Part shown: piece by piece, positions 9,358-17,745 of the stretch
Position numbering within the stretch: position 1 is the stretch's first letter
Layout: each line of letters starts with the position of its first letter
Made by a program: the position numbers and the translations under genes
Origin: an uncultured Oscillospiraceae bacterium
Lineage (GTDB): Bacteria; Bacillota; Clostridia; Oscillospirales; Oscillospiraceae
Direction: 5' to 3'
NCBI GenBank assembly: GCA_964435375.1
Contig: CAYSYK010000004.1
Location: 3,954 to 67,953 of the forward strand
Length of the DNA stretch: 64,000 nt
The notes under the pieces: model-generated
Database searches by the model: none
What the model was told of the DNA's origin: nothing
What the model saw: the letters and a program-made list of their open reading frames with translations, nothing else

Positions 9358-11886
9358 ATGAGTAACGTAACGACAAATCCTGCCCCGATCCGGGGCAGGA
9401 AAAAAATAAAAAGTACCATCCTGATCGTAGGCGTACTGACGTTCATCTTTGCTCTGATGACGGCCGGCAGCGCATGGATGATGCCCCGCAAGACCGTTCA
9501 CACGGACGTTTCCGGCGAGGAAATCACCGCCTCCGCACTTTTTTACGGAAAACGCGGTGAGGACTATTTCATGGCGAGCGGCACCACCTTCGAGCGCCGC
9601 AGTCTGTCCGGCGACGAGCAGATTCAATCCGTAAATTTTCTTTCCGACATCAATCGCTATGTGCAGCAGGAAAACGTGCAATTGCTTGAGGGCAGTCTGC
9701 TCCAGTTTTACTTCGTGTACGCCAACAAAAATACCGGCGGAGATAATCTGGTCATCATTGACAATCTCGGAAACCTGTTTAAATACACGGAAGGGGAGAA
9801 CGGTCTGGAATTTTCCTCGGACTGCCTGATTCGAGATTCCGCGACGCAACTGGTCAAGATGATCTCCGACGGCGACGAGCTGTACGTTCTTTCCAACTAT
9901 AACAACCGACTTTTGCTGCAATGCTACGATCTTAACAATCTTTCCGCAGGCGTGCAAAACAGCCGCTATATCTGGTCGGTGGACAGTGTCGGTTCGCAGA
10001 CGAGCCGGATTTCCCCCTTGACCTACAAAATCAAGCTGTGGGAATTTGTCGCCGAGGGAGATTACCTGTATCTGGCAACCGATCTGGGACTTTACAAGCT
10101 GAACAAAAACTTTTACGACTATCAGGACGTGAAATTTCTGGACGCGGCAGACAATGCCTACGTCACCTATCTGCGCGAAACGCTGAAAAAAGCCGATGCC
10201 GCAGTCAAGGCTGAGAACGGCCTGACCGACGAAATCATCGACGGCATGACGCAGGCGCAGATGGCGAAAATTTTCAAAACCGTCACGGGCATCAAAACCT
10301 CCGAAGCAAAAGCGAATGCCGCGGAAGTGTTCGTGGAGGAGCACCCGTGGTGCGTGGATTACGATGCCTCTTCCGCAACCCTGACCGTGAAAAACGAGTG
10401 TCTTGACTCCGAGGCGATCTCCGTTGTAAAGGGCAGTATGTATGTCGTTTTGCGCGGCATGGCATATTCTCCCGTCAACAAAATGTTCTATATCGCCAAC
10501 AGCTACGACGATACGATCTGCTGTGCCTCTCTGGAGGATGTCAACCGCATCGGCCTGACGGACAGCAAAACCTTCGGCGATATCTGCAAAACACTCGACC
10601 TCTCGTTCGGCGGGAAGAAATTCCACGAATCCAAGAGCCTCGAGTGGAACGAAAACGCAAATACCCTGTACGTGGCATTTGCCAGCGACAACAAGCTCAG
10701 CATTCTCGATATTAACGGCGACAAAGCGAAGCTCGCCTATCATTTTGAAGCGGGTTTCGACATTCAGGAATATGTCGGCGACGAACACAACGACAAAATC
10801 TATTTCCTGAACGTCGAAAAATCCACCGATCTGGCAAACAACGTTACCTTGCGCAACACCGTTACCTGCCTCAATCCCCAACGCAGCGAAAATACCGGTA
10901 CAACACGCACCTTGCTGATCGTAAGTGCCGTCATGACGGCCGTGACCGCCATCATTCTGGTATTTGCATTCCGCCTGTACAAAAATCCCGTTGCCGCGCA
11001 GAAAGCAGTCGTGATCGGGAAAGATCTGCGCAAGCACAGAAGAACGTATTTCGCGCTGATTCCCTTTGTCGTGCTGCTGATCATGTTCTGCTATTACGAG
11101 GCGTTCGGCTCGATCGTGCTGTCGTTCTTCGATTACACGCGCGACAAGCCAACGATGAACTGGAACAGCTTCGCGAACTACATCAAAGTATTCAACGACG
11201 ATGATTTCCTGCTGGCCGTCGGCAACACCCTGTTTTTCTTGGTGTTCGACATCATCATCGCCATCGCACCGCCGTTCATTTTCGCATTTTTCCTGTCGGT
11301 CATGCGCAGCAAGAAATATTCCGGCTTCGTGCGCACCGCATTGCTGATTCCCGGTATCATTCCGGGTGTCGCCTCCATGCTGATCTGGCGAGTTGGTATC
11401 TTCGGCGAAACGGGTGTGCTGAACACGCTGCTGTCTTTCTTCGGAAAAGGCTCCGTCGCATGGCTGGAAAATACCTCCGTCTCCCGCTGGTCACTGCTGC
11501 TGATGAGTTTCCCGTTCATCGGGCAATACCTCGTGTTCTACGGTGCCATCATGAATATCCCCAAAGATTATTATGAAGCCGCGGAACTGGACGGCATTTC
11601 GGTTTTCCGCCGTTTCATCTCCATCGACCTGCCGCTGTGCGTGCCGCAGATCGTATACGTTCTGATCACGACCATGATCAATTCCGCGCAGAACTATGCA
11701 AGAACTTATATGCTCCGCAGCTCGGGTACCGTCACCCTCTCGGAGAAAATGTATAAGGCCATGACCTCCAATGGCGCAAACTACGGCCTGTCGTCAGCAT
11801 ACGCCATGGTGATCTTTGCACTTCTGCTCGTAGCGCTGATCATCAATTTCAGAATGCAGAAAAAAAGCTATATGGGAGAGTCCTGA
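9358..11886 (+). CDS. CUT1 ABC permease (MalF/UgpA-like) with a large N-terminal extracellular domain
   Basis: C-terminal ~290 aa with six hydrophobic segments and EAA loop IPKDYYEAAELDG, preceded by TM, ~475 aa hydrophilic domain, TM. Confidence 0.85.
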   Translation: MSNVTTNPAPIRGRKKIKSTILIVGVLTFIFALMTAGSAWMMPRKTVHTDVSGEEITASALFYGKRGEDYFMASGTTFERRSLSGDEQIQSVNFLSDINRYVQQENVQLLEGSLLQFYFVYANKNTGGDNLVIIDNLGNLFKYTEGENGLEFSSDCLIRDSATQLVKMISDGDELYVLSNYNNRLLLQCYDLNNLSAGVQNSRYIWSVDSVGSQTSRISPLTYKIKLWEFVAEGDYLYLATDLGLYKLNKNFYDYQDVKFLDAADNAYVTYLRETLKKADAAVKAENGLTDEIIDGMTQAQMAKIFKTVTGIKTSEAKANAAEVFVEEHPWCVDYDASSATLTVKNECLDSEAISVVKGSMYVVLRGMAYSPVNKMFYIANSYDDTICCASLEDVNRIGLTDSKTFGDICKTLDLSFGGKKFHESKSLEWNENANTLYVAFASDNKLSILDINGDKAKLAYHFEAGFDIQEYVGDEHNDKIYFLNVEKSTDLANNVTLRNTVTCLNPQRSENTGTTRTLLIVSAVMTAVTAIILVFAFRLYKNPVAAQKAVVIGKDLRKHRRTYFALIPFVVLLIMFCYYEAFGSIVLSFFDYTRDKPTMNWNSFANYIKVFNDDDFLLAVGNTLFFLVFDIIIAIAPPFIFAFFLSVMRSKKYSGFVRTALLIPGIIPGVASMLIWRVGIFGETGVLNTLLSFFGKGSVAWLENTSVSRWSLLLMSFPFIGQYLVFYGAIMNIPKDYYEAAELDGISVFRRFISIDLPLCVPQIVYVLITTMINSAQNYARTYMLRSSGTVTLSEKMYKAMTSNGANYGLSSAYAMVIFALLLVALIINFRMQKKSYMGES

Positions 11887-12758
11887 TGATGAAAAATAAA
11901 ATTAAACGGGGAAAGCTGCGTTATTCGCACGAGAAACGGCCGTTTCAGGCGTTTATCACCGTCGTGATCACGCTGTGTATGCTCTTTTCCTTCCTTGCAC
12001 TGTTTATTACGGTCGTCAACTCCATGAAAACCGATAATGAAGTTGCATTTAACATCTTTGCTCTTCCGTCATGGGAAAATCTGTTCGACGCCATTGCGCA
12101 TAACTTCTCAAGTGCATGGGCGGAAATCGGCCCGTATTTCTTCCGTTCCGTCATTACGTCGCTCATCGGCTCCATCGGCGCGGCGATCATCGGTGCGATC
12201 TTGGCGTACATCCTTGTTTTCAAGGATTTCTATTTCAAAAATGTCGTTTTCATGCTGTTCATCGCCGTCATGCTGATTCCCTCGATCATCGGCTATCCGG
12301 TGCTGCTGCCGCTGATGCGCGACACATTCAATCTCGGCGATTCACTGGCCGGTTATGTCATCCCCACCATCGGCGGCTGCCAGGTAGGTGCGATGTTCCT
12401 GTTCCGTACGTTCTTCAGCCAGCAACCCCGTGCGATGTACGAAAGTGCTAAAATGGACGGTGCAAACGACGTGTATCTGTTCTGCTATTTCACCGTGCCG
12501 CTGTCCTTGCCCATCATTCTCTATTTCGCCGTGGGCATTTTCACGAATATGTACAATGATTATCTGTGGTCAAGCCTGATCCTCGATTCGAATCTGACGC
12601 TGATGCCGAAGATGCTGTCCTTGGTCGACTCCAATACGCTTCAGTACGGCTCCATGTATGCCATGTACTGCATCTCGTCCGTGCCGATGATCGTCATTGC
12701 CATCATTTCCGCGAAGTATTTCCGCAGCGGCGAGTTTGCCTCCGGTATGAAACTGTGA
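11886..12758 (+). CDS. CUT1 ABC permease (MalG-like)
   Basis: Hydrophobic segments, EAA loop QPRAMYESAKMDGAND; start overlaps the upstream stop. Confidence 0.9.
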   Translation: MMKNKIKRGKLRYSHEKRPFQAFITVVITLCMLFSFLALFITVVNSMKTDNEVAFNIFALPSWENLFDAIAHNFSSAWAEIGPYFFRSVITSLIGSIGAAIIGAILAYILVFKDFYFKNVVFMLFIAVMLIPSIIGYPVLLPLMRDTFNLGDSLAGYVIPTIGGCQVGAMFLFRTFFSQQPRAMYESAKMDGANDVYLFCYFTVPLSLPIILYFAVGIFTNMYNDYLWSSLILDSNLTLMPKMLSLVDSNTLQYGSMYAMYCISSVPMIVIAIISAKYFRSGEFASGMKL

Positions 12759-12779
12759 GCTGCGACAAGTGAGGTTCGT

Positions 12780-14387
12780 ATGAAAAACATCAGCAAAAAA
12801 CTGTTTTCTCTGGCCATCGCCTGCACACTGTGCCTATCCGCCGTCCCGGGATGCACCCCCGGGCAAGAATCCACCCCCGACGGCGGCACGACATCCGGCG
12901 CGGATGCCACCGAGCCGATCGTGTTTGAAACCGTCTACACGGACGGCAGTGCAAAATCTCTTCTGCGCTACAACGCAGCCGTACCCGAAGAAAACGGCGT
13001 TGTCAGCTACGAGATCAAGCGCGACGTCGGAAATAAAAATTATATGCGCATCGCGCTCGAAACCGACGTAAACCTCGTCGGCTATATCTACTACACGAAT
13101 GCGCAGGATGCCACGCAAAGCCACAAAGAAAAATTCTTCATTGAGGCAGGTTCCACGGAATTTACAACCTTCCTTGACGCATTCCGCCACGGCGCATTTG
13201 CGCCTTATGAAAAAACGATCGGAAAAATCACGCTGCAAAACGTGGACGACACGAAATCCGGAACCGTCACGCTCAAAAGCGTCGATTTCTCCGATCGGAC
13301 TTACGACCCCGACGTTACCATGTACATTGACGACGGCGTTCTGCGCGTGGGTACATCGCTCGGCTTCGGCGGTGCCATCACCTATGTGGCGCGCATTAAT
13401 GCCAATATCAAAGAGTACATTGACGTCAACGGTAACACCTGCATTGGTCCGCTGGAGGATAGCTCCGATGTCGACCTGATCTCCGAAGAGGCGAATCTTG
13501 TCAACATTTACGACTTGGGGCGGGAAATTCAGCAGTCGTTCTACTGGCCGGTAAAGCCACAGCACGGCTATGTGCCCACCAGTGACCAGAAATACCCGGG
13601 CGATCTGAACTACAATCCCATTCAGTGCGGAAGTGCCGGCAGCGTCGGCCCGCAGATTGTCGATTATCGCTGTTCCGAGGATGAAATTTACGTCAAATCC
13701 TACGGCGCGGACTGGTATCTAGTCAATCAGGTGGACGCGACCTACTATGAAACATGGCTCCGTTTCGGCATTGACGGTACGTTGGTGGTGAAAAACAGAG
13801 TCACAAACTTCGGCCAGTTCATCGACACCGATCGTCTGGAATTTGTCAATCAGGAATCTCCCGCGTTTTATTCGGTATACCCGCTGGACTATTTCTACGC
13901 GGAAACCACCGACGGCACGATTTTTGACAACGAGCTCACCGCCGTCGGCAACGGAAGCGTCAAATCCTCCGCCACCGATACGGCAAGCAGCGGATACTGG
14001 TACAGCCTGAGCGCCGAAAAAATCAAAAACAACTGGATCGCCTTCGTGACGGAAAACAAATTCGGACTGGGCATCTACAATCCGTCCGCCGACTGCTTTG
14101 TCGCATCCAGCGGCACCCCCACAACCAAGTACATGAGCAACCAGATAACGCACCCGGATTTTTATGTCGATGACTATTCCGGCTACATTCCGAGCTGCTA
14201 CACAAACAACTACGGGTATCTGAACACGTCGATTCGCTGCAAAATGACGGATTTTGTCCCGATGGAATTTTCCTACGCGCTGTACGCAGGTACGGTGCAG
14301 GAGATAAAGTCGGCATTCCGTCAGCTCGAAGTCGGCAACGTGATGGAGCCCGCCAAAATCACGTGGCCGCACGAAAACGTGCAGTGA
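12780..14387 (+). CDS. Uncharacterised lipoprotein 3
   Basis: Lipobox AVPG-C; aromatic and beta-strand-rich sequence; no family confidently recognised. Confidence 0.7.
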   Translation: MKNISKKLFSLAIACTLCLSAVPGCTPGQESTPDGGTTSGADATEPIVFETVYTDGSAKSLLRYNAAVPEENGVVSYEIKRDVGNKNYMRIALETDVNLVGYIYYTNAQDATQSHKEKFFIEAGSTEFTTFLDAFRHGAFAPYEKTIGKITLQNVDDTKSGTVTLKSVDFSDRTYDPDVTMYIDDGVLRVGTSLGFGGAITYVARINANIKEYIDVNGNTCIGPLEDSSDVDLISEEANLVNIYDLGREIQQSFYWPVKPQHGYVPTSDQKYPGDLNYNPIQCGSAGSVGPQIVDYRCSEDEIYVKSYGADWYLVNQVDATYYETWLRFGIDGTLVVKNRVTNFGQFIDTDRLEFVNQESPAFYSVYPLDYFYAETTDGTIFDNELTAVGNGSVKSSATDTASSGYWYSLSAEKIKNNWIAFVTENKFGLGIYNPSADCFVASSGTPTTKYMSNQITHPDFYVDDYSGYIPSCYTNNYGYLNTSIRCKMTDFVPMEFSYALYAGTVQEIKSAFRQLEVGNVMEPAKITWPHENVQ

Positions 14388-14421
14388 ACGTTGCGGATTT
14401 CAAACTAAGAATGGTGTCATT

Positions 14422-15681
14422 ATGAAAAAAATAACTGCTGTGATTGTCGGCTACGGAAACCGAGGCTCCGTGTATGCGGATTATTCCTTTGAAGATCCCA
14501 ATTTTCAGGTCGTCGGTGTTGTCGACATCAATCCGTTCAAGCTGAGCACCGCAAAGCAGCGTTATGCGCTTTCCGACGATCAGCTTTACGAAAGCCTCGC
14601 GACTTTCTTGGAAAAGAAGCCCGCGGCGGATATCGTCATCAACACGACCATGGATCAGGACCATTACCATACATCCATGGCAATTCTGGGCGCGGGCTAC
14701 CATATGCTCGTGGAAAAGCCCGTCGTGAACAACAAAAAGGAACTTCTGGACATTGCAGCGCTGGCGAAAAAGAACGGCTGCAAAGTGTTCGTGTGCCATG
14801 TTCTGCGCTATACACCGTTTTATCGCACCGTCAAGCAACTTCTGCTTGACGGCGTGATCGGTGATATCATCTCCATAGAAATGCACGAGCACGTTGCCAT
14901 TTCTCACTTCCTGACCAGCTATTGCCGCGGAAAATGGAACGACGAAGATACCTGCGGCAGTCCGTTCCTGCTGGCGAAATGCTGTCACGACATGGATTTG
15001 ATTGCATGGCTGAACAACGCCTCCGTTCCGACTCGAATTTCGTCGTTCGGCTCGCGTTCGCTGTTCGTAAAGGAAAAAATGCCCGCCGATGCGACCGAAT
15101 ATTGCTACCAATGCCCCCACTATGAAACCTGCATCTACAGCGCAAAGCTGCAATATTTACAGCGCGACGATATGCCGTTCCTGACGTGGGCAGACCTGAA
15201 CAAGCCGCTTGAAGAAATCACCATGGCAGAAAAAGAAGAATTTCTCAAGCACAGCAATTTCGGCCGCTGTGCCTATATCGCAGGCGGCAATCTGGTGGAT
15301 CGGCAGAACCTGATCATCGAATTCAAGGACGGCTCGTGCGCCTCGTTCACTTTGGCGGCCAATGCCACCAAGCCACAGCGCCATCTGCACATCGTCGGCA
15401 CCAAAGGCGAGCTGGAGGGCATTCTTGAGAACAATCAACTCACCGTCCGAAAAGCCTACTGTCCCGACGAAACCATCGACCTGTCCGAACGCATCATCAA
15501 CAAGGTGCTTTTCGGCGGGCACAGCGGCGGCGACCACGCCATCATGGCCGACATCGTTGCCTATTTCAACGGCGACACCACGAGCATTTCCATGACCCAC
15601 ATTGACGATTCCGTCAACGGACACCTGCTTGTATACGCCGCAGAGGAAAGCCGCAAGCGCGGAAAAACCGTCGAATTGTAA
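14422..15681 (+). CDS. Gfo/Idh/MocA family NAD(P)-dependent oxidoreductase
   Basis: Rossmann VIVGYGNRG, LVEKP, LRY and LLAKCCHDMD motifs. Confidence 0.9.
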   Translation: MKKITAVIVGYGNRGSVYADYSFEDPNFQVVGVVDINPFKLSTAKQRYALSDDQLYESLATFLEKKPAADIVINTTMDQDHYHTSMAILGAGYHMLVEKPVVNNKKELLDIAALAKKNGCKVFVCHVLRYTPFYRTVKQLLLDGVIGDIISIEMHEHVAISHFLTSYCRGKWNDEDTCGSPFLLAKCCHDMDLIAWLNNASVPTRISSFGSRSLFVKEKMPADATEYCYQCPHYETCIYSAKLQYLQRDDMPFLTWADLNKPLEEITMAEKEEFLKHSNFGRCAYIAGGNLVDRQNLIIEFKDGSCASFTLAANATKPQRHLHIVGTKGELEGILENNQLTVRKAYCPDETIDLSERIINKVLFGGHSGGDHAIMADIVAYFNGDTTSISMTHIDDSVNGHLLVYAAEESRKRGKTVEL

Positions 15682-15708
15682 TCGGAAGCCAAAGGAGGCA
15701 TAGCCGTA

Positions 15709-17745
15709 ATGCAAGCATATTGGATCGACAATATTGACCGAAAGAATTACGAAATATGCCTTACCACGCGCGTAGGGCAGGCAAAAGAAGCAAGCATCGC
15801 CGTCATTGCGAAATATACCTATAATCTGTTTATCAACGGCGCGTTTGTTTGCTACGGCCCTGCGCGCACAGCCGACGGTTATGCCCGCATCGATCGCATC
15901 GACATCAGCCGCTTTTTGACGCAGGCGGAAAATGTGATCTCCCTTTACTGCCTTAGCGTCGAAACAAAGACGCTTTGTTTCGCGGCGGGTGCCTCGTTTT
16001 TGGGTTGTGAACTGACGCTCGACGGCCGCACCGTCGATGCGCGCGCATTTTCCTGCTATCTGATGAACGACCGCGTCGACAGGGTGGAGCGAATGTCCGC
16101 CCAGCGGGGCTATGTCGAGGTGTACGAACAATCCGCCGACCGCACCGCTTTCGCCGACTGTAAATCGGTTCGCCTTTCGCCGCGCAAGACGCCGCAGCTT
16201 TTGGAGCGGCGCGTGCCGTTTTCGCGAAACGAACGCGTTTCGGGCACCGAATTTGCGCGCGGCTGCGTCACATTCGACAATCCGCATCCGTGGGGCGCGT
16301 GCTTGGTCAATTTCCTCTCCGACTGCACGGATGGAGATTTTTACCCGCTGAAAGATTGCCGCACGGTGCTCTATCGCGAATTGGAGCAAATGCGTTTTCA
16401 TCCGAACGCGGCAGGGAAGTGCCGCTATATTTCCTACGATTTGGGGCAGACATACAGCGGAAAAATCGAAATTCGGCTCAATGTCGCGCAAGATACGAAC
16501 CTCTGGGTCACCTATGACGATCTGCTGACGGACGGATGTGTCTTTTTCGGCAGGGAACAGATCATCCACGGCCTGAAATGGACGCTGAAAAAGGGAAATT
16601 ACACCCTGCATTCGGCGGAAGTGTATGCCATGCGCTACCTGTCGCTGATTTTCGACGGCAATGCGGCCGCAATTCGCGTGTCGGTAATTACGGTCGAAAA
16701 CCCCGCGTGGAAAGAGGTCTCCTTTGCCGATGCGAAGCTCGCGCAGATTTACCGTGCGGCACAGCGCACGTTCCGCCAAAACGCCTACGACCTCTATACG
16801 GATTGCCCGTCGCGCGAACGCGCCGGCTGGCTGTGCGACAGTTATTTCACGGCCAAAGCAGAGCGATTCTTCACCGGCGACAATTCGGTCGAACGAAATT
16901 TCCTCGAAAACTATCTGCTCTATGACGGGGCGGCTTTTCCCCACAAGGGAATTTTGCCCTCGTGTTTTCCCTCCGTGCCGAAGCATCCCAACGACTTCAT
17001 TCCAAACTGGATTCTGTGGTTCTTGGTGGAACTGGGCGATTTTGTCGCGCGTACCGGCGATTTGGCGTTTGCCCTGCGCTTTCGGGACAAAATCACGGAC
17101 ATTCTTGCCTATTTCCGCGCGTTTGAAAACGAGTACGGTTTCTTGGAAAATCTGCAGGGCTGGGTGTTTTTGGAGTGGAGCAAGGCAAACGATTTCATGG
17201 ACGGCGTGAATTTCCCGTCCAATATGCTCTATTACGGCGCACTTAGAAGCGCGGGCACGCTTTTGGACGACCGACAGCTTTTGGAAAAAGCCTCGGCCTT
17301 GCGGGAAGCCATCCGCGCATTCTCCTTTGACGGAGACTATTTCTACGACAATGCCCTTCGCACGGGAACAACACTCACGCGCACCGAGCACATCAGCGAA
17401 ACCTGTCAGTATTTTGCGGCGTTTTTCGACATCGCGCCCGACCGGGATGCCTTTGTCGAAAAGCTGGCGGAAAAGTTTTCGCCCTTTGCCGCGCCGCAGG
17501 ATCCGTTCTGCCCGTCGCCGATGTTCATCGGCTATGTTCTGCGGCTGTCGCTCCTGTTTGACGCAGGGGCGTATCGGCAACTGCTGGCCGAATGCAGGGA
17601 GAAATTCCTGCCCATGGCAGAACGAACGGGAACAATTTGGGAATTTTTCGATGAGAGCGCAAGCTGTAACCACGGCTTTGGCTCCATCGTCGGATATTTT
17701 GTGGCGGAGGCCGAAGAAAAATGCAGGAATGCTACCAAAATCTGA
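15709..17745 (+). CDS. GH78-like alpha-L-rhamnosidase (cytoplasmic)
   Basis: DCPSRERAGWLCDS matches the GH78 DCPxRERxGW motif. C-terminal TIWEFFDESASCNHG. No signal peptide. Confidence 0.75.
   Translation: MQAYWIDNIDRKNYEICLTTRVGQAKEASIAVIAKYTYNLFINGAFVCYGPARTADGYARIDRIDISRFLTQAENVISLYCLSVETKTLCFAAGASFLGCELTLDGRTVDARAFSCYLMNDRVDRVERMSAQRGYVEVYEQSADRTAFADCKSVRLSPRKTPQLLERRVPFSRNERVSGTEFARGCVTFDNPHPWGACLVNFLSDCTDGDFYPLKDCRTVLYRELEQMRFHPNAAGKCRYISYDLGQTYSGKIEIRLNVAQDTNLWVTYDDLLTDGCVFFGREQIIHGLKWTLKKGNYTLHSAEVYAMRYLSLIFDGNAAAIRVSVITVENPAWKEVSFADAKLAQIYRAAQRTFRQNAYDLYTDCPSRERAGWLCDSYFTAKAERFFTGDNSVERNFLENYLLYDGAAFPHKGILPSCFPSVPKHPNDFIPNWILWFLVELGDFVARTGDLAFALRFRDKITDILAYFRAFENEYGFLENLQGWVFLEWSKANDFMDGVNFPSNMLYYGALRSAGTLLDDRQLLEKASALREAIRAFSFDGDYFYDNALRTGTTLTRTEHISETCQYFAAFFDIAPDRDAFVEKLAEKFSPFAAPQDPFCPSPMFIGYVLRLSLLFDAGAYRQLLAECREKFLPMAERTGTIWEFFDESASCNHGFGSIVGYFVAEAEEKCRNATKI

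Noticed and set aside
7510-11037. 1175-aa antisense ORF, and similar long opposite-strand ORFs (3745-6162, 15157-17673, 17532-19988, 19865-22093, 37388-40015, 49989-51746)
   Set aside because: They lie opposite well-supported genes whose codon bias rarely uses TTA/CTA/TCA, which removes antisense stops. No motifs or RBS.
7594-12758. ABC importer lacks an ATPase gene
   Set aside because: Normal for Bacillota CUT1 systems, which share an MsmX/MsmK-type ATPase encoded elsewhere.
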